The notes beneath the pieces were generated by a model. That model searched no databases and was not told the origin of the DNA. It saw only the letters and a program-made list of their open reading frames with translations. From an uncultured Gemmatimonadales bacterium (GTDB lineage: Bacteria > Gemmatimonadota > Gemmatimonadetes > Longimicrobiales > RSA9), in NCBI GenBank assembly GCA_963708135.1, contig OY970192.1, positions 704,001 to 768,000 of the forward strand: DNA of 64,000 bases, written 5' to 3'. Of this stretch, positions 9,309 to 17,841 are shown piece after piece. Position 1 is the stretch's first letter. Each line of letters opens with the position of its first letter. The position numbers and the translations under genes are program-made.

Positions 9309-10433
9309 ATGGCGATCGATCGCGAGGCGGTGCGGCGCGGCGTGGAGGCGGCGCTGGCGGCGGTGAAGCACCCGACGAGCGGACAGGACCTGGTCTCGGG
9401 CGGGCACATCTCGGATGTGAGCGTGGACGAGGACGGCAAGGTCCGCTTCCAGTTCACGCTCAGGCCGGAGGATCCGGGCACGCTGGTCCGCGAGGCGCGC
9501 GGGGCGGCGGAGGCCGTGGACGGCGTGACCAAGGTGAAGATCGACGTCAAGCTGCCGCAGGAGCTGCAGCGGCAGCCGCAGCGCGGCGGCGGCCACGGCG
9601 GCGGACTCAAGCCCGGCTCCGTGCCGGCGCCCACGCCGGAGCCGAACCTGATCGAGGGGATCGCGCGCGTGTTCGCGGTGAGCTCGGGGAAGGGCGGGGT
9701 GGGCAAGTCAACCGTCGCCGCGAACATCGCCGCGGCGCTCGCGCGGGCGGGGAAGCGGGTCGGGCTCCTGGACGCCGACATCTACGGTCCGGACATCCCG
9801 CTCCTCTTCGGCGAGCGCCGTAAGCCGCGCGTCACGGGCGAGCGGGGCGCGGAGAAGATCGTGCCGCTCGAGGCGCACGGCGTGAAGCTCATGAGCCTCG
9901 GCTTCCTGCTCGAGGAGGACCAGCCGGCGATCATGCGCGGGCCGCTCATTGCCGGGATCCTGCGGCAGTTCCTCGAGCAGGTGGACTGGGGCGAGCTCGA
10001 CTACCTCGTGGTGGACATGCCGCCCGGCACGGGCGATGCCCAGCTCTCGCTCGTCCAGACCATCAACGTGGACGGCGCGGTGATGGTCACGACGCCGCAG
10101 GAGCTGTCCACCAGTGACGTGCGGCGCGCGATCCGCATGTTCGAGCGCGTGCGCACGCCCATCCTCGGGCTGGTCGAGAACATGAGCGGCATGAGCTGCC
10201 CGCACTGCGGCGAGCCGATCGACGTGTTCGGCCACGGCGGCGGTGCCCGCCTCGCTCACGAGATGCACGTGGCGCTGCTCGGAACCGTGCCGCTCGACCC
10301 GGCGGTGCGGGTGGCCGGCGACGCCGGCGAGCCGACTGCGCTGTCGGCCCCCGGGTCGCCGGCCGGCGCCGCGTTCCACGAGGTCGCCGAGCGCGTGGCG
10401 GCTGCGCTGGACGAGGCGCTCGCCCCGACCTGA
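9309..10433 (+). CDS. mrp: Mrp/NBP35 (ApbC) Fe-S carrier ATPase
   Basis: SSGKGGVGKST, DADIYGP, DMPPGTGD, ENMS..CPHC. Confidence 0.95.
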   Translation: MAIDREAVRRGVEAALAAVKHPTSGQDLVSGGHISDVSVDEDGKVRFQFTLRPEDPGTLVREARGAAEAVDGVTKVKIDVKLPQELQRQPQRGGGHGGGLKPGSVPAPTPEPNLIEGIARVFAVSSGKGGVGKSTVAANIAAALARAGKRVGLLDADIYGPDIPLLFGERRKPRVTGERGAEKIVPLEAHGVKLMSLGFLLEEDQPAIMRGPLIAGILRQFLEQVDWGELDYLVVDMPPGTGDAQLSLVQTINVDGAVMVTTPQELSTSDVRRAIRMFERVRTPILGLVENMSGMSCPHCGEPIDVFGHGGGARLAHEMHVALLGTVPLDPAVRVAGDAGEPTALSAPGSPAGAAFHEVAERVAAALDEALAPT

Positions 10434-10455
10434 GCGCCGCGCCGCTCCGCGTCCG

Positions 10456-11235
10456 ATGCCGCGCATCACGCTCCTCACCGACTTCGGCACGGCCGACGGC
10501 TATGCCGCCGCGATGAGGGGCGTGATCGCCTCCATCGCGCCCGAGGCCGTGGTGGAGGACGTCGCCCACGACATCCCACCTGGGGACCTCGAGGCCGCGG
10601 CGTGGGCGCTCTGGCGCTACTGGGATCTCTACCCGCCCGGCACCGTGCACCTCGTGGTGGTGGACCCCGGAGTGGGCGGTGCCCGGCGCGCGATCGCCGC
10701 CGGCGCCGGCGAGCGGCTCCTCGTCGCCCCCGACAACGGCGTCCTGACGCGGGTGCTCGAGGCCGCGCCGGCGACGGTCGTCTCGCTCCAGGAGCGGCGT
10801 TACCAGCGGCCCCGCCTGTCGGCGACGTTCCACGGCCGCGACCTCTTCGCCCCCGCCGCCGCGCACCTCGCCGCGGGCGTCGCGCTCGACGCGCTGGGCC
10901 CCCGCCTGACGGATCCCGTCAAGCTGCGGCTGCCCGCCTACAGCCTGACGGAGGAGGGCGCCGTGGGCAGCGTGGTTCACGTGGACCGATTCGGCACCCT
11001 CGTCACCAGCATTCCCGGCGACCGGGCGAGCGCTGGCACCGTGCGGGTCGCCGGACGCGACCTGGGGCCGGTGCGGCGCACCTTCGGCGACGTCGCCTCC
11101 GGCGAGCCGCTGGCCCTCGTCGGCTCCGCCGAGCTGATCGAGATCGCCGTCCGCGACGGCAGCGCCGCCGCCTGTCTCGGGGTTGGCCGTGGCGCCGAGG
11201 TGCGCATCGGCGGCCCCAGCGCGCCGGCGGGCTGA
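10456..11235 (+). CDS. SAM hydroxide adenosyltransferase (DUF62; chlorinase/fluorinase family)
   Basis: ITLLTDFGTAD, VVDPGVG, PDNG, SATFHGRDLFAP, VDRFG. Confidence 0.92.
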   Translation: MPRITLLTDFGTADGYAAAMRGVIASIAPEAVVEDVAHDIPPGDLEAAAWALWRYWDLYPPGTVHLVVVDPGVGGARRAIAAGAGERLLVAPDNGVLTRVLEAAPATVVSLQERRYQRPRLSATFHGRDLFAPAAAHLAAGVALDALGPRLTDPVKLRLPAYSLTEEGAVGSVVHVDRFGTLVTSIPGDRASAGTVRVAGRDLGPVRRTFGDVASGEPLALVGSAELIEIAVRDGSAAACLGVGRGAEVRIGGPSAPAG

Positions 11236-11487
11236 TGTGGTGACACGATAGTCGCATGGGCGCCGGGCACGGAAGCCGTTGCGCCGGGGCCGGCGCCGCG
11301 GTATCCTGGCGTGGCATGCGGCCGGCGGGGCGGAGGGCTCGCTCACGACGCGGTCCTCCCAGCGTTCTCCTTCCCTCGAAGCGCCGGCCGTGCCACCCCC
11401 CGAACGCGGAGCGTTCCCATGCGTGCGATCCGTCCATCCGGCATCCATCCAAGCCGCATCCGTACAGCCGCCAACCAGGGATCGGCG

Positions 11488-12621
11488 ATGCGTGCGGCGG
11501 GCACCGGTCGATCCGGCGTCCATACGTCCACCCTCCTGCTGGCCGCCGTTCTCGGTGCCGGTGTGCTCGCGGGCTCGGTCCGCGCCCAGGACGTGACCTA
11601 CCAGGAGACCAGCAGCGTCAAGCTGGAAGGCGGGCTGGGCAGCCTGATGAGCTTTGCCGCCAAGCTGGGCGGCGGCTCGATGAAGGACATGGTGACGACG
11701 ACGTACATCTCCGGCCACCGCATGCGTGTGGACAACAAGGACGAGTCCACCATCTACGACGCGGACGCCGGGACGATCACGACCCTGAACCACAAGGACA
11801 AGACGTACTTCCAGGAGAGCTTCGCCCAGATGGCGGAGGCGATGAAGGCGGCCCAGGCGCGGATGGAGCAGGCGCGGGCGCAGTCGCAGACCGAAGACAA
11901 GGGCAAGAAGGGGCAGGACTCGGTGAAGCTGAACGTGAGCTTCCATGTCAGCGTCGATCGCCCCGGCGACCACCAGACCGTGGCTGGCTACGGCGCGGAG
12001 CGCACGTTCGTCACGCTGGAGGCGGTCGGCACGGGCACTCGGCAGAGCGACCAGCAGACGCAGCAGGTCGGCACCATGGTCTTCTTCAACGACGTCTGGA
12101 GCGCGCAGGGCACACCGCTGGAGAAGGCCCGCCGCAACTTCCAGGACGCGATGATGAAGCAGAACGGCAACGCCATCCGGGCGGAGGCACGCGGCATGGC
12201 CGGTCTCTTCACGAAGAATCCCCAGATGAGTGAGGGCATGAAGCAGAGCGCGGAGGAGCTGCAGAAGATGCGGGGCGTCCCCGTGCGGACGACCTCCTAT
12301 GTCGTCCTCGTTTCGCCCGACCAGAAGTTCGACCCCAAGCTCACGCTTGGCGAGCAGCAGCAGACGGCCGAGCAGCCCAAGCAGGAAAAGAAGAAGTCGG
12401 GCGGCTTCTTCAGCAAGCTGGCCAAGGCGGCGGAGAAGGCCGAGGAGTCAGCGAAAACCGACGAGCAGAAGAAGGACGATCAGAAGAACGCTCCGCCGCA
12501 GGCCACCGCCATGATCATCACGACCGAGGTCACCAGCGTGAAGGTCGGCGCCGTTCCGGCCTCCATGTTCCAGGTCCCGGCGGGCTATTCCGGGATCCCC
12601 GCGCCGACGTTGATGCACTGA
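11488..12621 (+). CDS. Secreted protein, DUF4412-like
   Basis: Signal ending VRAQ; TTTYISGHRMRVD..STIYDADAGTITTLNHKDKTY; C-terminal ASMFQVPAGY. Start uncertain. Confidence 0.65.
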   Translation: MRAAGTGRSGVHTSTLLLAAVLGAGVLAGSVRAQDVTYQETSSVKLEGGLGSLMSFAAKLGGGSMKDMVTTTYISGHRMRVDNKDESTIYDADAGTITTLNHKDKTYFQESFAQMAEAMKAAQARMEQARAQSQTEDKGKKGQDSVKLNVSFHVSVDRPGDHQTVAGYGAERTFVTLEAVGTGTRQSDQQTQQVGTMVFFNDVWSAQGTPLEKARRNFQDAMMKQNGNAIRAEARGMAGLFTKNPQMSEGMKQSAEELQKMRGVPVRTTSYVVLVSPDQKFDPKLTLGEQQQTAEQPKQEKKKSGGFFSKLAKAAEKAEESAKTDEQKKDDQKNAPPQATAMIITTEVTSVKVGAVPASMFQVPAGYSGIPAPTLMH

Positions 12622-12635
12622 GGCCGGCTCACGAG

Positions 12636-13013
12636 TCAAGATGCGGGTGCCATGCCGACCCTGATCTCCGTGCCGTGGCGCAGCGTCGTCTCGACCGTGC
12701 ACTGCGCCGCCACGCGGGTGGCGGCGCAGTGGCGGGACTTCGACAGCGACGGCCAGTGCAGCACCAGATCGTAATGGCCGACGCGGTAGGGGTCCTCCAC
12801 GTACGCCCATGAGAGCTCGATCTCGAGGTCCTCGACGCCGAGCCCGGCCGCGTCCGCCCACGCCGCGAGCACGGACACGGTGCAGGTGGCGAGGGACGCG
12901 GCCAGCATGTGGAGCGGGGAGAATTGAACCTCCGGGTCGGCGGAGGAGACCTCGAGGCCTTCTCCGGCGGCCCGGAGGCGGATGCGGGCGGCGGACTCGA
13001 GAATCAGGTCCAC
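12636..13013 (-). CDS. OsmC family protein
   Basis: FSPLHMLAASLATCT ... QCTVETTL two-Cys pattern. Confidence 0.8.
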   Translation of the reverse strand: MDLILESAARIRLRAAGEGLEVSSADPEVQFSPLHMLAASLATCTVSVLAAWADAAGLGVEDLEIELSWAYVEDPYRVGHYDLVLHWPSLSKSRHCAATRVAAQCTVETTLRHGTEIRVGMAPAS

Positions 13014-13038
13014 GGCACGTCGATGGCCTTCTCCGCGA

Positions 13039-13266
13039 TCAGCTCTCCAGCCACTTCCGGTCCTCGGCCGAGATCTGGTGCTGCTTCGGCTTCAGGAGCC
13101 GGACGATCACGTAGCCGAGGAGCACGATCGGGGCCACCTTGAAGAGCAGGAACGCGGCCAGGCCGAGCGTGACGGAGAAGATCACGCCGACGACGGCGAG
13201 CGCCACGCCAATGACGACGAGGCCGACCAGTCCCACCAGCAGGAACGTGAGCAGCGAAGCGAGCAT
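13039..13266 (-). CDS. Small two-TM membrane protein
   Basis: [10 protein letters not shown]; long hydrophobic stretch; lies in the ECF operon. Confidence 0.75.
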   Translation of the reverse strand: MLASLLTFLLVGLVGLVVIGVALAVVGVIFSVTLGLAAFLLFKVAPIVLLGYVIVRLLKPKQHQISAEDRKWLES

Positions 13267-13307
13267 CTGAGACTCCTTTCCAGAACGCGTCCACCCGATC
13301 CCCCACC

Positions 13308-14183
13308 CTAGAACGTCGTATCGCCGGTCCCGGTCCACTGCACATCGATCGAGCCGAGCGCGGCCTGGACGTTCAGCGTCAGGTGGCGCGCCGCGGCATC
13401 GAAGTTGGCCGACGTGTACGTGTTGCCGCGCTTCTCGAGGCCCGCGCCGTCGATGGAGGCGAGCACGCCATCCTTCACGATGCGCAGTCCCACGCCGCGC
13501 GGCACGACGAGCTTGAGCGAGCCGAGGCCCATGTGGACGTCGCCCGTCATGTCGCTCCGCAATTTGGCGCCGAAGCCGAGCGTGATGTCGCCCACGCCGC
13601 CCGAGAGCGAGATCCGGCTGCAGCCGAGGTTGCCGAGGTCCACGGCGTCGAAGGATGCGGCGCCGACCTCCAGCGAGAGCGCGTCGCAGGCGACGGGGTT
13701 GGGCTGCGACACGCGCAGCTTGGTCTCGCTCGCGCCGGTCGAGATCCGGGCGTTGGTGATGCGCAACCCGCCGAGGTCGAGGTCGGCCTGGACGGCGCCG
13801 AACTTGAGCGTCAGGTCGAGGGGCACGGCGGGGCCGAGCGCCAGGTCGAGGCGGTTGCCCTTGCGGTCACCCTTGCGAATCCGGACGTGGTGCTCGCCCT
13901 GGATGCCCACGCGCAGCGAGCCGTCGGCGTAGTCGACCTGCGGCGTGAAGCTGTCCGCGTCGTAGCGCAGCGTGGCGCGATAGAGCGTGGCGGCGGGGGC
14001 GGACGTCACGTTCAGCTGGCCGGCCCCGTACTCGACGTCCACGGCCAGGTGCTTCTCGCCGTTGTACTCCCGCGCCACGGTCTGCGTATGCCAGTCCTGC
14101 GCATCCGCGTTGGCCGGCTGCGCGCCCTCGGAGCCGCCGCACGCGGCCAGCACCAGGACGAGTGGCAGCCATGCTCTAGACAT
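13308..14183 (-). CDS. Lipoprotein with toast-rack/LiaF-like beta-solenoid (cell-envelope stress response)
   Basis: Lipobox LAAC; repeated xGAGxLxV, GVGDITL, GLGSLKL and ALGSIDV motifs. Confidence 0.7.
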   Translation of the reverse strand: MSRAWLPLVLVLAACGGSEGAQPANADAQDWHTQTVAREYNGEKHLAVDVEYGAGQLNVTSAPAATLYRATLRYDADSFTPQVDYADGSLRVGIQGEHHVRIRKGDRKGNRLDLALGPAVPLDLTLKFGAVQADLDLGGLRITNARISTGASETKLRVSQPNPVACDALSLEVGAASFDAVDLGNLGCSRISLSGGVGDITLGFGAKLRSDMTGDVHMGLGSLKLVVPRGVGLRIVKDGVLASIDGAGLEKRGNTYTSANFDAAARHLTLNVQAALGSIDVQWTGTGDTTF

Positions 14184-15480
14184 GGGCTTCCTCCTCGAAC
14201 ACGCCCGGCGCGGTCCGGCCGGCCATGCTCGTCGGCGGGCGGGTGCCCGCCCGCGAGATCAGCACCGCGCCGAGGCCGGTCGTGAAGGCGAAGCAGGTCA
14301 GCACGACGGCCAGGAAGGTCAGCGTGCCGTGGATGAAGCTCAGCCACGGGCCCGCCATCTCGACCACGTTGGAGGCCAGGAAGAGGGCCATGAGCAGGCC
14401 GAGCCCGGTGAGCAGGTAGTAATAGGAGTTGGCCCGCTGCATCCACTCGCCGCCGTAGAAGCGGCGCTCCGCCAGCGCCTCGCCGGCGGCGTGACCCACG
14501 GCCAGGTAGCCGAAGAGCGCGGCCAGCACCACGGCCACGGGGAAGAGCGGCACCCAGACCAGCAGCGCAGGGATCCCGATGATCGAGACGGTCAGCGCGA
14601 TGATCCCGAGCACGAACGCGGGCAGCACCAGGAAGGAGGCGGCCACGCCGACCAGCCACGAGCGCCCCATCTGGTGCCGGGCCGTGTCCGCCACCGCCTC
14701 CAGGTACGGCCGGCCGCCGAAGAAGACCACCGCGAAGCCGATCCCGAAGAGCACCGCCAGCACCACCAGCGAGGCGACCAGGTCCGAGATCCCGCGCCAC
14801 ACGTGGCGCAGCGGGTTCAGCCAGCCGGTCGTGCCGTCCACATCCAGGTCGCGCGCCTGCCCCGCCGCGCGCCGCGCCCGCGTCCGCACCTGGACGCTCC
14901 GGTCCTGGAGCTCCTGCACCCGCTGCTGCAGCGCCTCGATCCGGCTCTGCAGCCGGTTCAGCGAATCCGACGAGGGCACGCCCTGCACCCCGCCCACCGC
15001 CGGCGGCGCGATGGGGGCCGGCGGGGCCGCGGGAGCGGGCGGCGGGGGCGCCGCATCGGCCGCGGCGGCGTCCGCGCCGGACAGGACGGCGTCGAGCGCC
15101 CGGCGCATCTGGCCGGCCACGTCGCCCGAGGGGGCGTCCCAGCCGCGGAGCAGCCCCGCGAGCTGCGCGGTCGGCGTGTCCATGGCCCTGTTCAGCAGGC
15201 TCCGCCACGCCCGGTCGAGCGGCCCGCCGCGCGGCGCCTCGCCGAGGTCGCGGCCGTCCGCCCACACGTGGCCATCCCGGATGGCGACGTCCACGTTGCG
15301 GCCGCCGGCGAGGTCGAGATCGAGCGCCGCCTCGTCGCGCGAGATGTTGACCTGACTGGACACGATCCGCCCGCCCGACGCCGCCTGCGCCGCGGCCGGC
15401 CGGGGGCAGACACCGAGGAGCGCGCCGCACGCGGCGGCCAGGACGAGCCGGCTAGACGAAGAGCGAAGCATGGTGAGCAT
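14176..15480 (-). CDS. Membrane protein with an N-terminal exported domain and a multi-TM C-terminus
   Basis: Signal ending AAAQ; Pro-rich and coiled segment; TMs including LTVSIIGIPALL; overlaps both neighbours. Confidence 0.75.
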   Translation of the reverse strand: MLTMLRSSSSRLVLAAACGALLGVCPRPAAAQAASGGRIVSSQVNISRDEAALDLDLAGGRNVDVAIRDGHVWADGRDLGEAPRGGPLDRAWRSLLNRAMDTPTAQLAGLLRGWDAPSGDVAGQMRRALDAVLSGADAAAADAAPPPPAPAAPPAPIAPPAVGGVQGVPSSDSLNRLQSRIEALQQRVQELQDRSVQVRTRARRAAGQARDLDVDGTTGWLNPLRHVWRGISDLVASLVVLAVLFGIGFAVVFFGGRPYLEAVADTARHQMGRSWLVGVAASFLVLPAFVLGIIALTVSIIGIPALLVWVPLFPVAVVLAALFGYLAVGHAAGEALAERRFYGGEWMQRANSYYYLLTGLGLLMALFLASNVVEMAGPWLSFIHGTLTFLAVVLTCFAFTTGLGAVLISRAGTRPPTSMAGRTAPGVFEEEAHV

Positions 15481-16099
15481 CCCGCGAATGCGTGCCGAAG
15501 AGATTACGGTAGAGGATCCAGCTCGAGACGACGAAGAGGGTGCCGATCAGCGCGGCGGCGGTGCCGATGCCGGCGAGCCCCGCGGTGCCGACGAACGTGC
15601 GGAGCGCCGCGCCCAGGGACTGCACCGCGTCGCTTGCCATGATGATTCCGGAAACCTGCGCATAGAGCCAGCCGGCGCCCGTGAGCGCGCGGTCCGACAG
15701 GAAGACGACGAGCCCCTGCACCGTGACCCACGGCTGCGCGAGCAGCCAGGCGAGCCCGCCGCCCAGACCGAGCGCCGGCGCCAGCAGGAACGCCGCGGCG
15801 AGGCTCCAGCCGCGCGCGGTGTCCGGCAGCAGCCGGCCGAGCAGCGCCGCGACCCGCGCCGGCCACGGCCGCGTCACCCGCACCCGCGCCATGACCAGGT
15901 CGGCGAAGCCGGGCGCCGGCTCGACGGCCGGGAGCGTGGAGAGCGTCGCGAAGAGCGCCCGCCACTCCTCCACATCGGTCTGGCAGCGCGCGCAGGAGAG
16001 CACGTGGGACTCGAGCACGGCCGCCTCCCCCGCGTCGAGGGTTCCCTCGACGTAGGATTCCAGCCTCTCGGCCGACGGGTGCAGCATCGAATCGCTCAA
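15452..16099 (-). CDS. zf-HC2 anti-sigma factor (RsiW-like)
   Basis: HPSAERLESYVEG...ESHVLSCARC, plus TM helices; follows the ECF sigma gene. Confidence 0.9.
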   Translation of the reverse strand: MSDSMLHPSAERLESYVEGTLDAGEAAVLESHVLSCARCQTDVEEWRALFATLSTLPAVEPAPGFADLVMARVRVTRPWPARVAALLGRLLPDTARGWSLAAAFLLAPALGLGGGLAWLLAQPWVTVQGLVVFLSDRALTGAGWLYAQVSGIIMASDAVQSLGAALRTFVGTAGLAGIGTAAALIGTLFVVSSWILYRNLFGTHSRDAHHASLFV

Positions 16100-16133
16100 C
16101 TCAAGCCCTCCCGGATCGTGGTCCTGGTGTCCA

Positions 16134-16160
16134 TACGGATCCCCCGCGCAGGTGGTTTCA
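16134..16160 (-). promoter_or_regulatory. SigW-type ECF promoter for the anti-sigma operon; its -35 overlaps the sigma stop codon
   Basis: Minus strand TGAAAC-N17-CGTA; same format as the motif at 16791-16817. Confidence 0.7.
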
Positions 16161-16751
16161 GATCTTCAGATGCGCCAGATGCCGGCGCAACTCGTTCCGG
16201 GCCCGGTGGATGTAGGTCTTCACCGTGCCCAGGGGCAGCCCCATGATCTCCGCGATCTCGTCGTATGGCCGCGCCTCCATGTGCCACAACACGATCGCCG
16301 TGCGGTATTCCGGCCGCAGCTTCTCCATCGCCATCTCGATCTGCACCCCGAGCTCGCGGTTCTCCGCGTACTCCTCGGGCGTCTCGTCGCCGGACACGGC
16401 CGTCAGGCTCGACGCCTCCGCCTCCTCCGCCGTCGAGGCGTGCGGCGAGCCCTGCAGCGACAGCGTCTGCGGCTCCTTCCTGCGCAGCGCGTCGAGCGCC
16501 GTGTTGTTGGCGATCTTGAAGATCCACGAGCTGAACTTGTAGGAGGGATCGTAGCGGTCCAGCGCGTTCAGCACCTTGATGAACGTCTCCTGCGCGAGAT
16601 CCTCGGACTTCTCGCGGTTGCGGACCATCCGGTAAATGAGCGACAACACCGGACGCTCGTAGCGCCCGATCAGCTCACGGTAGGCCGCCTCCCGCCCCTT
16701 CCGGGCGTGGGCGACCACCTCCTGGTCCGTTAGACTCTTGTAATCAACCAA
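16158..16751 (-). CDS. ECF RNA polymerase sigma factor (SigW/RpoE-like)
   Basis: EDLAQETFIK..YKFSSWIFKIANN..YDEIAEIMGLPLGTVKTYIHRAR. Confidence 0.95.
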   Translation of the reverse strand: MVDYKSLTDQEVVAHARKGREAAYRELIGRYERPVLSLIYRMVRNREKSEDLAQETFIKVLNALDRYDPSYKFSSWIFKIANNTALDALRRKEPQTLSLQGSPHASTAEEAEASSLTAVSGDETPEEYAENRELGVQIEMAMEKLRPEYRTAIVLWHMEARPYDEIAEIMGLPLGTVKTYIHRARNELRRHLAHLKI

Positions 16752-16790
16752 TCAGGGGCCCCGCCTGCTCCGCGACGACTGGTATACCCC

Positions 16791-16817
16791 TACGCCCCCC
16801 CGGCGGGTCGGGTTTCA
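16791..16817 (-). promoter_or_regulatory. Autoregulatory SigW-type ECF promoter
   Basis: Minus strand TGAAAC-N17-CGTA about 40 bp upstream of the sigma start. Confidence 0.7.
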
Positions 16818-16908
16818 GGCCGCGGGCTTGATCGGGAAGGGGGCGCGGGCTAGCTTCACCGGCCCTGCGCCGCAGGCCCTATTTTATTCCAACGGAGCCA
16901 TTTGCGCG

Positions 16909-17646
16909 ATGCCCGAGCCGCGGCGCGCCGCCGCCGTCCTGCCGAGCGCCGAGGAGAAGTCCGCCGCGGTCCGCCACATGTTCGGCGCCATCGCGCCCCG
17001 CTACGACCTGCTGAACCACCTCCTCTCCCTTGGCATCGATCGCCTCTGGCGACGCCGCGCCATCCGCCGCCTCCTCGCCGGCCGCGCTCCCCGCGGCACC
17101 TTCCTCGACGCCTGCGCCGGCACTTTCGACCTCGCCCTCGCCCTCGCCCGGCGCCCCGGCTTCGATGGCCTCGTGGTCGGCTCCGACTTCACCTTCCGCA
17201 TGCTCGAGGAGGGTAAGCCCAAGATCCAGGCCACACCGGTCGCGCCCGCGTGCGCCGACGCGCTCCGCCTCCCCTTCGCCGACGCCACCTTCGACGGCGC
17301 CACCGTCGGCTTCGGCGTCCGCAACCTCGCCGACATCGACGCCGGCCTCGGCGAGCTCGCCCGCGTGCTCAAGCCCGGCGCCCGCCTCGTCATCCTCGAG
17401 TTCACCACCCCGCGCTGGCAGCCGTTCCGGGCGCTCTACTTCTTCTATTTCCTCCACGTGCTGCCCGTCGTCGGGCGGATCGTGTCCCGGCACGGCGAGG
17501 CGTACTCGTACCTGCCGGCGTCCGTGCTCGAGTTCCCCGAGCCGCCCGAGCTGGCCCGGCGGATGGAGCGCGCCGGGCTGGCCCGGGTCGAGTGGGAGGC
17601 GCTGACCGGCGGGATCGCGGCAATACACATCGGAACCCGGGGGTAG
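16909..17646 (+). CDS. ubiE: Demethylmenaquinone/ubiquinone methyltransferase (UbiE/MenG)
   Basis: MFGAIAPRYDLLNHLLSLGIDRLWRR, GFGVRN, RVLKPGARLVILEF, AYSYLPASV. Confidence 0.93.
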   Translation: MPEPRRAAAVLPSAEEKSAAVRHMFGAIAPRYDLLNHLLSLGIDRLWRRRAIRRLLAGRAPRGTFLDACAGTFDLALALARRPGFDGLVVGSDFTFRMLEEGKPKIQATPVAPACADALRLPFADATFDGATVGFGVRNLADIDAGLGELARVLKPGARLVILEFTTPRWQPFRALYFFYFLHVLPVVGRIVSRHGEAYSYLPASVLEFPEPPELARRMERAGLARVEWEALTGGIAAIHIGTRG

Positions 17647-17657
17647 GTGGACTGGTT

Positions 17658-17760
17658 ACGGCGGCAACTGCTTACGGCGGCACTACGGACACCGGCACTA
17701 CGTACACCGGCACTACAGACGGCGGCACTACGTACACCGGCACTACAGACGGCGGCAATA
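17658..17760 (+). repeat. 15-bp minisatellite (ACRSCGGCACTACNN), about 6-7 units
   Basis: Units start at 17674, 17689, 17704, 17719, 17734 and 17749, with a degenerate unit at 17658. Confidence 0.9.
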
Positions 17761-17841
17761 TGGGGGGGGCGGGGGGTGGCCGCGTCCGGTCGATCTTCCC
17801 ATCTTGGGCCTGAACGATCTCGAACCGAGGACCGCGAACTC

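Noticed and set aside
10456..11235. Halogenase (fluorinase/chlorinase) in a natural-product cluster
   Set aside because: The context is housekeeping Fe-S genes with no biosynthetic neighbours; a DUF62 SAM hydrolase is more likely.
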